Positions 1 to 14,308 of a stretch of 64,000 bases of DNA are shown piece by piece (within the stretch, counting starts at the first letter, position 1; every line of letters starts with the position of its first letter). The notes below the pieces were generated by a model that had not been told where the DNA came from, did not search any database, and saw only the letters and a program-made list of their open reading frames with translations. The position numbers and the translations under genes were made by a program. Location: the NCBI GenBank assembly GCA_951406725.2, contig OX597838.1:19840001-19904000 (forward strand), given 5' to 3'. Origin of the DNA: Octopus vulgaris (Eukaryota).

Positions 1-609
1 ACAAACATTTGAGTCAGTGGTTTAGCTGAATAGATTGACCGCAGTTACTGCTCGTAATGGGTTTTATCGATCCTCTGAGGATGAAAAAATAAATTGGAAT
101 CTGTAAGATTTAATCTATTAAAAGCTAAATAATTAAAATATAATAAAAACGTAAGGATTGGCAGTGCAGATCACCACCACCACGCCCCGTTCTCTGTAGA
201 TCAATATCATCTGCTGAACAAAGTCAGTGAGAAAAACTTGTAATTTGCAGCTAAATATCTCTCAAATCACACCTTACTTGTTGGAGAATATTTGAGAGGG
301 AGAGATGGCTTTATACCAGGTGCTGAGAAGCTGAAGTATTACAGAGGGACTAGAACAGGTGTTTTGTTATATATGCATATAAATGAAATAAGTTTACATA
401 TACTTTTTCTCACGTACAAACTTGCTACGATTTTCCCCCTTCATAAGTTAAACTCTCTTGTAATGTTTTGCATTTATTTTGTAAGATATGGAAGCGTGTA
501 TTGAAAAAGTGTATCGTTTATTGAGAGGATACAGGTGAAGGCACATGGCTCAAATTTGATTTCGATTTTTAGGCTCTACATTTGAATTACCTCTATTTCC
601 AGATCTTTC

Positions 610-686
<77 letters not shown>

Positions 687-1271
687 TAATTAAGACAGCA
701 AGCTGGTAGAATCGTTAGCATGCTGGGGAAAAATGCTTAGCTGTATTTCATCTGTCTTCATGTTTTGAGTTCAAATTCCACCGAGGTCGACTTTGCCTTT
801 CATCCTCACCCAAATTCCAAGCCTTTTGCCTGTAGTAGAAAGCATTATTATTATTATTATTGTAGTATCTTTTGTCTAAGCTCTTTCGTCACACATCCTG
901 TGACCTCTTAGCTATTTTAACCACTTAGCTATGTGCCTCCACACGCACACATACACATATATATAGTGTGGAAGCACATGGCCTAGTGGTTAGAGTAGCA
1001 GACTTGCAGTCAAGAGATTGTGGGTTCGAATCTCAGACCGGGCAATGTGTGTGTTTATGAGTGAAACACCTAAGCTCCATGCGGCTTCGGCAGAAGGTAA
1101 TGGCGAACTTCTGCTGACTCTTTGCCACAACTTTCTCTCACTCTTTCCTCCTGCATCTTGCAGCTCACCTGTGGCAACGTAAGCACACCAACACTGGTTG
1201 TCAAGCGATGGTGGGGGGACGTGTCCATAATGCCTCTGCCCCACCCTCTCTCTATATGTATTAGTAACATT

Positions 1272-1662
1272 AGGTGCAAGAGTGGCTGTGTGGTAGGTAG
1301 CTTGCTTACCAACCACATGGTTCCGGGTTCTGTCCCACTGCGTGGCACCTTGGGCAAGTGTCTTCTGCTATAGCCTCGGGCCGACCAAAGCCTTGTGAGT
1401 GGATTTGGTAGACGGAAACTGAAAGAAGCCCGTCGTAGATATGTATATATATATGTGAGTGTGTGTCTGTGTTTGTCCCCCCCCCAACATCGCTTGACAA
1501 CCGATGCTGGTGTGTTTACGTCCCCGTAACTTAGCGGTTCAGCAAAAGAGACCGATAGAATAAGTACTAGGCTTATAAAGAATAAGTCCCGGGGTCGATT
1601 TGCTCGGCTAAAGGCAGTGCTCCAGCATGGCCGCATTCAAACGCCTGAAACAAGTAAAAGAG
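1272..1662 (+). mobile_element. tRNA-derived SINE family A (most abundant)
   Basis: GGAGTGGCTGTGTGGTAAG...GGTTCAGTCCC head, internal TA/TG microsatellite, GAAACAAGTAAAAGAG tail. More than 15 copies, e.g. 5073, 7815, 9788, 11085(-), 14090(-), 16200(-), 18657, 28590, 28917, 34170(-), 48253, 49486, 53286, 55589, 57643. Confidence 0.85.
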
Positions 1663-2190
1663 TATGAATAAAGGAAGCAAGCGGCCAAAAGGGAGCGCCT
1701 ATGTGGTTACTAGACTGACAAGAAAAAGCAGTCAAAGTCTCCCTTAAAATCGCACTACGATCATCTTAAGAAATGAAGGATACATTGGATAACTCTATCG
1801 GGATGGTCTATGCAGGAGTGTCTTTAATGTGTTGGGTAAAGGACTAGGACTTTGGTTATAAACGGTATGCAGTTATGTTTTTGTTGTTGTTCCGCCTCGG
1901 GTTAATTTATATTTAACAAACCCTGTGACCAAAAGAATTCCATTTATGAGCATCTCTTTATTTTGGGGCTATTTAACTCTGCTTGGATGTTAAATTTATC
2001 CCAGCCATTTGAAAATTTTCAAATTTGCTCCATCAGCAAATTTTTTCAAAAAATATTTTTGCATGCTGATGACGAAAATCACATTCGTTTTTATTATTAA
2101 TATTTTTTTCCCAAGAAATTAATAATATTGAAACTGCAAGCACTTAAAGTTACGTAATTTTAGCCTATCGAATGCGTTCGTTGCGAACAT

Positions 2191-2495
2191 ATCGCAGGTC
2201 GGAACTGTTTGTTGTCATGGAAATCAGCGAAGATGGAGATAAGTCAACGAAGGCAAAACCTTTACGTGGTCTCTCGAACTGCTAGAAATAGTAGCAAAAT
2301 CTTCCTTATACTACACCATAACGTCCAAAAACATATATATATATACAGAAAGGGTGGCATCGCAGGTCGGAACTGTTTGTTGTCATGGAAATCAGCGAAG
2401 ATGGAGATAAGTCAACGGAGACAAAACCTTTACGTGGTCTCTCGAACTGCTAGAAATAGTAGCAAAATCTTCCTTATACTACACCATAACGTCCA

Positions 2496-2565
<70 letters not shown>

Positions 2566-2580
2566 CAGAAAGGGTGGCAT
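2191..2580. repeat. Local tandem duplication (168-bp unit)
   Basis: 2191-2358 is repeated from 2359; the second copy has an expanded (TA)n. Confidence 0.95.
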
Positions 2581-3170
2581 ATTATATGACTTAGTTGGGA
2601 TATTGGCTTTTTTCATTCATAATTAGCGCACCAAGTGGTCGAAAGAAAATTTAGGCAAAATCCTTCTACGTTAAACACGTCATTTCCTTTCGTAAGATGG
2701 TGACGGTGTGTGGTTTTTAAGGGAGATTTGTAAACAAGTCGAGCAGCAACACTTGAGCAAACCTCCTCAGCAAGGTAGCTGGGGTTACGAGAAAATGTAT
2801 TTTTATAAGCTGGTCAGTGGATGACCGGCCTATAAAGAGCGCGAGGGTTGTCGGTGCAGATCACACCACCACCACATTCGCACTCGTCTTGTTAGATCAA
2901 TATCATCTGCAAAACAGAGTCGGCGGGGAAGACCTGCAGTTTGCAGCTAAATTTCCATCAAATCGCACTTTTTTTACCTTTCTTGTCTTAAAGAAAACAA
3001 CGACACATTGAATAATGTAGTCTTAGGTAGACTATGAACTGAATGAAATACTGGACGATGGTGGTGATGATGACGTTACATTCCATTTGATAATGATGAG
3101 GTCTACTGGATTATGAGTTGACCTGGGGTTAAACAGCTGCTCCCTATATAAACCTCATCTCCCACCCTCT

Positions 3171-3173
<3 letters not shown>

Positions 3174-3210
<37 letters not shown>

Positions 3211-3425
3211 GTGTGTATATATATGTATATGTGTGTATATATATGTATATGTGTGTATATATATGTATATGTGTGTATATATATGTATATGTGTGTGTAT
3301 ATATCTGTATATGTGTGTATATATATGTATATGTGTGTATATATGTATATATATATGTGTATATATATATATATATATGTATGTACATACACACACATCC
3401 ATATACACATATATACATACACGCA
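3174..3425. repeat. (TA)n/(TATG)n compound microsatellite
   Basis: Direct inspection. Confidence 0.95.
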
Positions 3426-3764
3426 CACCACTTGAACAACTGCTACTTATCCTTACACACACCATCACCCCCTACTACTAAACCACAACTCCGTCAAGAT
3501 ACATACCACCACCGTTTCCACTCCTGCTTACCAACTACACTCAGTCCGCACCATCTACCACCATCACCGACTACATTCAGCCACAGTACATACCACCAAC
3601 TACTAAATACACTTTGTCAAGATATACCGCCGCCACCACAAGCACCACCACCGGCACCACCACTGCCGGCATTCCAGACATTGTATATTTCTTTCTCCTC
3701 CATCAAGTCTGTCAGAACATTTCTACACTATTTTCACCCTTTTCTCAACTATATAGTTGTTTGC

Positions 3765-3804
<40 letters not shown>

Positions 3805-4044
3805 TGTGTATATATATAGTGTGTGTGTATGGTTGAGTTTTTACAGTGTAAAGTAAATTGTATGTATGTGTACACATGCACACATACACACACACTCACT
3901 CACACACGCATATATAATTAGGTAAACGTTTGTGTTTACAAACAACATGGAGCAGCAGTATTTGATACAAGTCTGTAGTTTTTATTTGTGATGCCGAAAG
4001 TTCACGAAATGTAACCTTTTAATTTCCTGTACCTGATCTTCAGG

Positions 4045-4122
4045 TTTGTGTGTGTGTGTATATTTGTATGTGTGTGAATGAGTATTTGCACATGTATATA
4101 TGTGTGTTTATATGTATATGTG

Positions 4123-4153
<31 letters not shown>

Positions 4154-4172
4154 ATATATGTAAATATATGTG

Positions 4173-4206
<34 letters not shown>

Positions 4207-4487
4207 AATATGTGTGTGTGTGTGTGTGAATATGTGTGTGTGTGTGTGTGTGTGTGTGAATATGTGTGTGTGTGTATATATATGTGTGTGTGTGTGTATA
4301 TATGTGTGTGTGTGTATATATATGTGTGTGTGTGTATATATATGTGTGTGTGTGTATATATGTGTGTGTGTGTGTATATATATGTGTGTGTGTGTGTATA
4401 TATATATGTGTGTGTGTGTGTGTATATATATATGTGTGTGTGTATGTATATATGTGTGTGTGTATATGTATATATGTGTGTATGTAT

Positions 4488-4521
<34 letters not shown>

Positions 4522-4740
4522 GTGTGTGTATGTATATATGTGTGTGTGTATATGTATATATATATGTGTGTATGTATATATGTGTGTGTGTATATGTATA
4601 TATATATGTGTGTATGTATATATGTGTGTGTGTATATGTATATATATGTGTGTGTATGTATATATGTGTGTGTGTATATATATATATGTATATGTGTGTA
4701 TGTCTGTATATATGTATATATATGTGTGTATGTATATATG
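4045..4740. repeat. (TG)n/(TA)n compound microsatellite
   Basis: Direct inspection. Confidence 0.95.
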
Positions 4741-5227
4741 TTTATCATCATCATCATTTAACATGTGTTTTCCATGCTGGCTTCGGCCGGGCAGTTTGAC
4801 AGGAACTGGACAGCAGAAAAGCTGCCCAGACTTCATGTTGGTTTTTGGCATAGATTCCACGGCTGGATGTCCTTCCTAATGCCAACCACTATACAGAGTG
4901 GACTGGGTGCTTTTACGCAGCACTGGTATGGGTGCTTTTTACATGGCACCAGCATCCATGACCCCACAAGATTAGGGACGATCAGCTGGAGATGGATGCA
5001 GGGGACATGCCTGTATACAACGACCATGCTTTTACTTAGCTTGACATTATATATATGTATATATATTGTTTATAGGTGCAAGCATGACTGTGTGGTAAGA
5101 AACTTGCTTCTCAACCGTATGGTTCCAGGTTTAGTCCCACTGCATGGAACCTTGGGCAAGTGTCTTCTGCTAGAGCCCAAGCCAACCAAAGCCTTGTGAG
5201 TGGATTTGGTAGACAGAAACTGAAAGA

Positions 5228-5460
5228 AGGCAGCGAGATGGCAGAATCGTTAGCCCGCCGGGCAAAATGCTTAGCGGTATTTCATCTGCCGTTACATTTT
5301 TAGTTCAAATTCCGTCGGGGTCGACTTTGCCTTTCATCCTTTCGGGGTTGATAAACTAAGTACCAGTTACGCACTGGGGTCGATGTAATCGACTTAACCC
5401 CTTTGTCTGTCCTTGTTTGTCCCCTCTATGTTTAGCCCCTTATGGACAATAAAGAAATAA
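5228..5460 (+). mobile_element. SINE family B nested in a family A SINE
   Basis: 15-nt TSD AGAAACTGAAAGAAG at 5215-5229 and 5460-5474; the family A copy resumes after it. Confidence 0.85.
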
Positions 5461-5926
5461 GAAACTGAAAGAAGCCCATCATATATATATATCTATGTGC
5501 GTGTCTTTGTGTTTGTCCCTACCATCACTGCTTGATAAATGGTGTTGGTGTGTTTATGTCCCCGTAACCTAGTGTTTCGGCAAAAGAGACTGATAGAATA
5601 GGTATTAGGTTTAAAAGATAAGTCCTGGGGTGGTTTGTTTGACTAAAACCTCTCAAAGCAGTGCTCCAGCATGGCCGCAGTCAAATGACTAAAACAAGTA
5701 AAAGAATAAAACAATATGTACGTGTTGTGTGTACCTTTTTACTTGTTTCTGTCAGTGGACTGCGGCCATGCTGGAGCACCACACTGAAGAGTTTTAGTCA
5801 AGCAAATTGACTTCCAGTGCTGTTTTTCCTTTTAAGCTTTGTACTAATTCTATCGGTTTCTTTTTTGCCAAACTGCTAAGTTACAGGGACATAAACAAAC
5901 CATACCAGTTGCTGAGCAGGACAAGC

Positions 5927-5976
<50 letters not shown>

Positions 5977-5998
5977 ATAGGCAGATAGATAGATAGGC

Positions 5999-6044
<46 letters not shown>

Positions 6045-6114
6045 GCAGCTAGATAGATAGATAGGCAGACAGATAGATAGATAGATAGATAAATAGGCAG
6101 ATAGATAGATAGGC

Positions 6115-6148
<34 letters not shown>

Positions 6149-6153
6149 GCAGC

Positions 6154-6184
<31 letters not shown>

Positions 6185-6212
6185 GCAGACAGATAGACAG
6201 ATAGATAGATAG

Positions 6213-6245
<33 letters not shown>

Positions 6246-6250
6246 CAGAC

Positions 6251-6284
<34 letters not shown>

Positions 6285-6327
6285 GCAGACAGATAGACAG
6301 GCAGACAGATAGACAGGCAGACAGACA
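5927..6327. repeat. (GATA)n/(GACA)n tract inside a family A SINE
   Basis: Direct inspection; SINE halves lie on both sides. Confidence 0.95.
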
Positions 6328-6623
6328 AGGAGCTGTGTTCATTTTTTGTCTATGAAATCCACTCACAAACCTTTGATCTGCCTGAGTCTTTAGAAAAAAG
6401 ACATTTGGCCAAGATGTCATGCAATAGGACTAAACCTGGAACCATGTGATTGGGAAGTGAATTCCTTACCAAACAATCACATTGAAATTGCTATATTTAA
6501 CCTTTTAGCATTCAGATTACTCTGCCAAGTGTTATGCTTATTCAGACTGCTTTGAATTACTCATGCAGTGTATTGAAGCTTCAAGATTTCAAGGAAGCAC
6601 TCGTCTATTTTTAGAATGATAAT

Positions 6624-7058
6624 GTCGGTGGCACGTAAAAGCACCATCTGTTCGTGTTCGTTGCCAGCCTCGGCTGGCCCCCGTGCCGGTGACACGTAAA
6701 AGCACCGTCCGTTCGTGGCCGTTTGCCAGCTCTGTCTGGCACCGTGTCGGTGGCACGTAAAAGCACCATCCGCTCGTGTTCGTTGCCAGCCTCGGCTGGC
6801 CCCGTGCCGGTGACACATAAAAGCACCATCCGTTCGTGGCCGTTGTGCCAGCTCTGTCTGGCACCTGTGCAGGTGGCACGTAAAAATCACACCACTACAC
6901 TCGCGGAGTGGTTGGCGTTAGGAAGGGCATCCAGCCGTAGAAACACTGCCAAATCTGACTGGGCCTGATGAAGCCTTCCGGCTTCACAGACCCCAGTTAA
7001 ACCGTCCAACCCATGCTAGCATGGAAAACGGACGCTAAATGATGATGATGATGATGAT
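6624..7058 (+). mobile_element. SINE-like family D with internal GGCACGTAAAAGCACC tandem units and (GAT)n tail
   Basis: Five ~50-nt units, then GGAGTGGTTGGCGTTAGGAAGGGCATCCAGC and a (TGA)n tail. Other copies at ~4745(-), 17640, 18300, 20025(-), 35035(-) and 53820(-). Confidence 0.75.
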
Positions 7059-7203
7059 AATACTGCAGGGTAGGTTTGGCAAGTTTGAAGATGAAACAGA
7101 TTATTCGGGCTGGATATGGCCGGCCTAAATGATAAAGGGATAATCCAGACATTTACCCATCAGTCATTTGTATGGATGGTGGTTATCTGAAAATTGAAGG
7201 CTT

Positions 7204-7621
7204 GGATCTTTTCGGTTTGAACGGCAGTTTTTTTCTGGTGGTGTCATATGAAATTGTCACCCATAATTATGACCCTAGTATCAATCTATTGCATTTCAAT
7301 CTGTTTTAGGGTTAGGGGTGGTGGAAAGGGTATCTTTTTTTTTTTTTTCAGAAATGTAAATAAACCCAATCTGTTTCTTAAACGAGGGACATATTCATAC
7401 GGCACAGAATGTTTTCACCTCAAATAGACGTCATTGATTGGTTGAAATGGCAGAAATTGAAGAAAAAAAAACAACAAATATCTTACAAACTATAGAATTT
7501 TCTCAATAAAGCCAAGAGAAAAAGATGTTTTATAAACTCATTCTACCAGTATACGAAGTTTAAAAGTGTTTAGTTACGTGGAAAGTATTAAAAAAAACTA
7601 CCGTTCAAACCGAAAAGATCC
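7204..7621. mobile_element. GGATC-ended MITE, 8-bp TSD
   Basis: TIR GGATCTTTTCGGTTTGAACGG; TSD GAAGGCTT on both sides; internal TTAGGGTTAGGG. Confidence 0.9.
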
Positions 7622-8575
7622 GAAGGCTTTTCTTAAGATGCCACTATACTAATAATCCAAAAATCCACAACACATTAGAGTATATTAATATATATATTCA
7701 AGGATAATCTGGTGCTTGACTGAAGAAAGGAAGTGCCCATGTGCACTTCCTTCACAGACCCTCTTAAAACCAGTAATAGCAATGCTCTTGCTTGGTTTTC
7801 CACTTGAATTACAAGGCCTGGCTGTGTGGTAAGACATTTGCTTCAATACCACATGGTTCCTGGTTCAGTCCCACTGTGTGGCACCTTGAGCAAGTGTCTT
7901 TTACTATAGTCTCTGGCTGACCAAACCCTGGTGAGAGAATTTGGTAGACAGAAACTGAAAGAAACTTATGGTGTGTGTGTGTGTGTGTCTGTGTTTGTCC
8001 ACCACCACCACTTGACAACTGGTGTTGGTGTGTTTACATCCCCATAACCTAGCAGTTCAGCAAAAAGAGACCAACAGAATAAGTACTAGACTTTAAAAGA
8101 AAGTAATGGGGTCAATTCACTTAATTGAAATCTTTTACGGCAATGCCCTAACATGGCCACAATGCCCTGGCAAGGTCACAATGCCCTAACATGGCCACAA
8201 TGCCCTAGCATGGCCAGTCTAATGATTGAAACAAGTGATAAAAGAATTGTAGGGATAGCATCAGCAGTGAGGGAATTCTTGAGGACCTTTGATCTGAAGA
8301 AGACGGACTGGGTGTCATGGTTTGTGCGAGTCCTTGGAGGAAGTGAAGATAATATGAGTCAGTGGAGGAAGAATGGAGCTTGAGTCACTAAGCCTGGGTG
8401 GAGGTGAAAGGAGACCAACCAGTTCTGAGTACAGAGGCCATTGTTGTAGTAACAGTAGAAAAGTCAGAGCAAAAGGACAGCATGTCTGTGGGTGAGAATC
8501 TGGAATAGTTAGTGAGTGATTTCATGACAATCAGTTGGTGGCCTTGTAAGACATGCAGTCTAGAATATCTCTATA

Positions 8576-9020
8576 CAGGTTGCCGTTGACTTACAACCTG
8601 TCCAACTTAAAACCGATCGACTTTGCAACAATTGGCGCCTCAGCTCCCGGCAGCAATAATAGATAGTCCAGTTGAAATCTATTGGGTTTAATTTCTTAGA
8701 ACTTAACCTGATGTCAGCTAACAAGCACTTCCCCTAGGTTTGGTTATCGGTTTCCACTGTGGTTGTTCCAAGTGTTTGATGAATATCCTGTCGCGGAGAC
8801 ATCAAGGCAACCTTGTATTTGTTTATAAGATGACAGCTTGAAACTCCGAAATTTTTGACTAATGCCAGTATATTAGTATAATACAGAATGCTGTGTGACT
8901 TTTACCTGAGAAAGTACGTTAAGAATGTAAAAATATAAAAGAAAGCTATGTGTAGGCCTATAGGCCGACTTATGACCAGTCAATCAGAACCAGTTGTGGT
9001 CGTAAGTCAACAATGACCTG
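8576..9020. mobile_element. Tigger/pogo-like MITE
   Basis: TIRs CAGGTTGCCGTTGACTTACAACC / GGTCGTAAGTCAACAATGACCTG, flanked by TA. Confidence 0.75.
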
Positions 9021-10519
9021 TATATATATACATATATTTATTTATCTAGTTTCAGCTCACTAGCTGTGGCCATGCTGGGGCACCGCCATTTGTGTATATA
9101 TAAATTAAGCAGAAAATGGAGAATATATGGTAAATGGTTAATTCTTATTTCTTATTTCTTTATTGCCCACAAGGGGCTAAACATAGAGCGGACAGACAAA
9201 GGAATTAAGTCGATTACGTCGACCCCAGTGCGTAACTGGTACTTATTTAATTGACCCCGAAAGGATGAAAGGCAAAGTCGACCTCGGCGGAATTTGAACT
9301 CAGAACATAGCGACAGACGAAATACCTATTTCTTTATTACCCACAAGGGGCTAAACATAGAGGGAACAAACAAGGTCAAGGATTTACGGTAAGCATTACA
9401 TTTGACAGAGTAATCTGAATGCAAAACGGTTAATCAGGACTGACTTGATAAAGCAAACCAACTTAAAAGTAATTCAGACAACTTCACCAATTCCTCAGTG
9501 TTTGGAAATCGGAGAGAATAATGATTTTAAACCAAACAAAAACCCTATCAAAGCAATATCACCCAGATGTATCACCCTCCTATAAACTTTTCTTGAAAAT
9601 CTCAGATTACCACCTAGATACTCCTTGGGAACTCGCAATATAGATTCAGAGGTCTACACTCAGTACCACAATTAGGGCCAGTGAGAGTGAATCTATGTGG
9701 ACATTCATCATGCTAGAAATAGCAACCAAATCTCACTCCCACATACTGTTGAATTAAATAAGGAAAGCGTACAAAGTACTCCATTATAGGTGCAAGCATG
9801 GCTATGTGGTAAGAAGTTGGTTTCCCAACCACATGTTTCTAGGTTCAATCCCTCTGCATGGTAGGTACTTTAGGCAAGTGTCTTCTACTATAACCTCAGT
9901 CTTGGTAGTGAAATTTGACAGAAGCTTGTCATGCATGTGTGTGTGTGTGTGTTTGACCCCAAGGCCACTTGACAACCAGTGTTGGTGTGTTTACGTCCCC
10001 ATAACTTAGTGGTTCAGTGAAAGAGACTTCTGGAATAAGTACTAGCCTTAAAAAGAAAATTAGTACTAGAGTCAATTAGTTGGACTAAAATAATTCAATG
10101 TGGTGCCCCAGCATGACCACAGCCTAATGACTGAAATGAGTAAAAGATACAAGATACCCCTAAAAAAGTTGGATAGTCAAGGTTAGAATGCCTTTGATCA
10201 TAGGCCTACCTGATCAGGGCTCACCTAGGGTTAAACAGCAAGAACATGATCACGTTATTCACAAATCCTCAAACTCTACACAAAGACTATACAATGGCTC
10301 CAACAATTAAGAAATATGTCCTCAACTCTCACCTCTTCATCTTAACTAGCAGTGACATCAGCAAAACTTGTAACTTCATTCCCTGCCACCAGTGCAGAGT
10401 TGAGGCATAAGCTAAAGAAAGTGCAGCTTAGGACCTCCTGTTGAGCTGGGAGATGATCTGGTTCTTCTCTGATGGACACTTCTGCCAGAACCAGTTGCAA
10501 AATACCCAGAACAACAGCT

Positions 10520-11050
10520 AGCTTGCCTTCAATCCATGTGATGTCCAATGTATCATGAGAATGAAGTTCTCCCAAACCGATGGTCTTTGGGTCTGTCTCC
10601 AGTGAAGGGTGACCTTCATACTGCCCCACATCTTTCAACAAGGCCTTTGGCTCAATTCAGGCAGCTTTGCAAAGCTGCTGGAGACTGTGGTCAAACCGTG
10701 GCTGGAGAAAGGATTACTGCTGGAAGGCCATGTGTGTGGTAGCTGGATTCAGCTCCTTGCTACATATCTGGAAAGAGTCAGAAGTGGTTCTGTTGGAGAA
10801 TTTCTAGAACTTTCACCAGCCTCAATTTCTGGCCTCCTAACTTCGCCCCACTCCTGATTGTAATCCTATAGATCACTAAGTGTGGCTGAGAAAGACACCA
10901 GCTGCTCTGCCTGCAATACCAAGTCAGAGCTTGGTAGCCAAGATCAAGGAGGTGTTTGAAGATCTTCCCAAGAATATAGTGAGGAATGCATCCACCAGGT
11001 TCCAGAGCCATCTTCAGGCCATGGTGGAAGCTGAGAGTAGCTATTTTGAG
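10520..11050 (+). mobile_element. Decayed Tc1/mariner-superfamily (maT/DD37D-like) transposase fragment
   Basis: Frameshifted pieces: VVKPWLEK, DSAPC-like, WPP..PDCNPID, LVAKIKEVFEDLP...VEAESSYFE. Confidence 0.7.
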
Positions 11051-12329
11051 AAAACCGTTTATCTCTCCTGGCTGTTTACTCTTTACTCTTTACTCTTTTC
11101 AGTCATTTGACTGTGGCCATGTTGGAGCACCGCCTTTAGTTGAGCAAATCAACCCCATGACTTATTCTTTGTAAGCCTAGTACTTATTCTATTGGTCTCT
11201 TTTGCCGAATCGCTAAGTTACGGGGACGTAGACACACCAGCATCAGTTGTCTAGCGATGTTGGGGGGACAAACATATACATATATATGATGGGCTTCTTT
11301 CAGTTTCCATTTACCAAATCAACTCACAAGGCTTTGGTCGGCCTGAGGTTATAGTAGAAGACACTTGCCCAAGGTGCCACGCAGTGGGACTGAACTCGGA
11401 ACCATGTGGTTCTTAAGCAAGCTACTTACCACACAACCACTCGTTGATCTCTTAAAATACTTTTATTTTTGGATGGTATATTACGTTTTCTCTTCCTTTT
11501 ATGCAAACTTGTCAAACTTAACCCAATCACCATGTATATACATGTGTGTGTTCGTTTCTCCCTTCGTTTTGCTTCTGTCAATCCTTGGTGGCTTTTAGCA
11601 AAAAAGTAACTAAATATTCTGATATAAAATATGGAAATTTCCGTGCTATATGAAATGTGTACATGGACGTTAACAAATTGTTTTTATATGCCATCCCAGC
11701 TTCGCATATGCCTGTGTCGGCTGCTCAGAATTCGTAGATCAAATTTCAGCTCATTATGTGAGAACAACCGTTCGTTATTCAATTTGTTTGTTTGGAGAAC
11801 CGTTTGTATATGGGTGGATGTATCATTGTATATATATGCCCATATAAGTGCATGTGTATTAATAAATGATTATCTTAATTGCCTGATTAAGAAAGCTGTG
11901 GTTATAAGAAGACTCAATGCATTTTAATGTAGACTTAAGATATTTTATTTATACAAAAGGCGTACACTTGTACAAACGCTTTAATACTAATGGATGCTAG
12001 TCTATTAGTTTCTCATCATGGGCTCGTGTATTTATATATGTCAACATATGTATACACATATACGTGTGTGTGTGTTGACATATTTTATAGTAATATCATC
12101 CCTACCTCAGTAAAATATCGGGTCTTCATCCAGTTTATAATTGGATGTTTTATTGACTCTGTGTGGTGGGGTGGGGGTGTATAGGTGGTGGCGATAGGGG
12201 AAGAATCGGCTTAAGGTTTGACCCTGAGTTGGGGGAGCAAGTTTGAATCTGTTTGAAATCTGTTCAATGGAATCTTAACTGGAATTTCACTGCTAAAGGT
12301 TTACATAGCCAACTGGATTATGGTTGTAG

Positions 12330-13032
12330 CGTGATGGTGGCGGCGGCGGTGGTTGAGGCTGTAAACTTGGCGGGGGTTGGCAGTAGGGTAGGGTTGGGTG
12401 ACATACTGAAATGGTGTGAGATGAGGAGGAGGAGGAAGGAGACTGTGTAGGGAATCGCGGCGGCGGCGGCGGTGGTAGAGAAGGGAGACTGAATTTTTTT
12501 TTTTTATTGCTCCTGTATATATTTTTTCCACACGAATCATGACATACTTTCACTCATTTGTACATACATACGTACATACGGTATGCTTTTACTCGCTCAA
12601 TGTACACATACGCACATAAACATTCATTTATTACTCTCATAATGTCTTCAGATTATCTCGGGGTTTCTCACTTCACCATCCTCCCTCTCTCTCCCTTCTC
12701 TTTATCCCCCCTCTCTCTCCCTTCTCTTTATTCCCCCTCTCTCTCTCTCCTCTTTATTCCCCCTCTCTCTCTCTCCTCTTTATTCCCCCTCTCTCTCCCT
12801 TCCTTCTCTTTATTCCCCCCTCTCTCTCTCCATCTCTTTATTCCCCCTCTCTCTCTCTCTCTCTCTCTCTCCTCACTTCCTTTCTCTAGTTCCGTGCCCC
12901 CCTCACACACACATTCTCGCACGCGCAGCTTTGTCTCTTTCTCTTTTCCTCTCTCGCTCCCCGTAGTATTTACTCTCCCACTCTTTCGCTCTTGTATTCA
13001 CTCCCTCTGTAACTTCACAATCACACATTCCG

Positions 13033-13065
<33 letters not shown>

Positions 13066-13260
13066 CAACCAGTATCCGAAGTTTCAAACTGTTTAGTTAA
13101 AAAACAAAAAAACATTTTTAATCTGTGACTGAGATTGAAAAGGTCCTTTCTTCCATATTTCCGTAGCTCGCTCTCAGCTTTGCGTCTCCGCGTCCCTCAC
13201 ACTCTCTCCTTATCAGCCAACGGGGGAAAAGCCCCTATGTGGTAACACTACCTACCAGAA
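12330..13260. promoter_or_regulatory. Candidate promoter region (CpG-retaining, (GGC)n and long CT tract)
   Basis: Non-transposon sequence with GGCGGCGGCGG runs, a ~400-nt polypyrimidine/GAGA tract and retained CpGs, 16 kb upstream of the LIX1L ATG exon. That exon starts with a splice acceptor, so an upstream exon must exist. Confidence 0.35.
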
Positions 13261-13319
13261 ATAGGAGTCAAAACATCCCATGGATCCTTCTTCCCTTTTT
13301 TCAATATTCGATAATGTGG

Positions 13320-13632
13320 GGATCTTTTCCTTTTGATGGACGGAATTTTCTAGTCAACTAAACAATTTGAAACTTCGTATACTGGTAGAATGTGTCAAAA
13401 GAAAACAATATTGTAAACAAAATTGTAATTTGTAAGTTTAACATAGTTTAATTCTTCGAATTTTAACCAATGAAATGCCAGCATTTGAACTCAAATCATT
13501 TATCGATATTGATAAAGGAACATAGTAGACGCACGCCGCATACACACACACATATTCAGATAGATACACACGTACACTTGCACACACACACACACACACT
13601 CGAAAATTCCGTCCATCAAAAGGAAAAGATCC
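13320..13632. mobile_element. GGATC-ended MITE, 8-bp TSD
   Basis: TIR GGATCTTTTCCTTTTGATGGACGGAATTTTC; TSD TAATGTGG. Confidence 0.9.
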
Positions 13633-14277
13633 TAATGTGGTCCTGGCTAAAATGCCTTCGGTCATAGACAGCTTGCTTAGTCAGGAACTGACCTGTGGCT
13701 AAACCACACAAATTATTTATCTTTCTGGGTCTCGTCCACGTTCTTTCAACCACTTGAAGTTTTTCAAATTTTCAACATATTACTTTCGAAAATTTATAGT
13801 TCTGATATAGTTTACATTCTGGTGGCGAAAAGCGCATTTTTTTTTTCTAGAAATTAATTTTTTTTAAAATTTAAGCATTTAAATTCATGTAATTTTAGCC
13901 AATCGGAAGCCTCCATTGCCGGACATACAAGTCGTATCTGCTTGTCCTAGGGGACCGGTGCACAAAACTTTCACGTGGTCTCTTGACCAGCTTGAAATAG
14001 CAGTTAAATCTTCCTTAGACTATATACCATAACGTCTAAAAAAAAACTGTCTCTTTTTGTTTCCTCTTCCATTGTTTTTTTAAATTTTATTTGTTTCAGT
14101 CATTTGACTGCGGCCATGCTAGAGCACCACCTTTAGTCGAACAAATCGGCCCAGCACTTATTCTTTGTAAGCCTAGTTAGTACTTATTCTATCGGTCTCT
14201 TTTGCTGAACCACTAAGTTGCGGGGACGTAAACACACCAACATCGGTTGTCAAGCGATGATGGGGGGACAAACGCAG

Positions 14278-14308
<31 letters not shown>

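Noticed and set aside
1070-1636. 188-aa ORF and the many similar ...[23 protein letters not shown] ORFs
   Set aside because: These are antisense readings of SINE family A, recurring at every copy.
2062-2090. CTGATGA-C-GAAA hammerhead-like string
   Set aside because: There is no room for stem II and no stem I or III pairing.
3103-4879. Long ORFs rich in Y/I/H/T or C/V/Y/M
   Set aside because: These are translations of TA/TG microsatellites. The same applies at 5876-6420, 23322-23981, 27389-28011 and 43138-43707.
6624-6895. GGCACGTAAAAGCACC repeats with spacer-like intervals
   Set aside because: The intervals alternate between two repeated sequences, and the array is the internal part of a dispersed SINE-like family.
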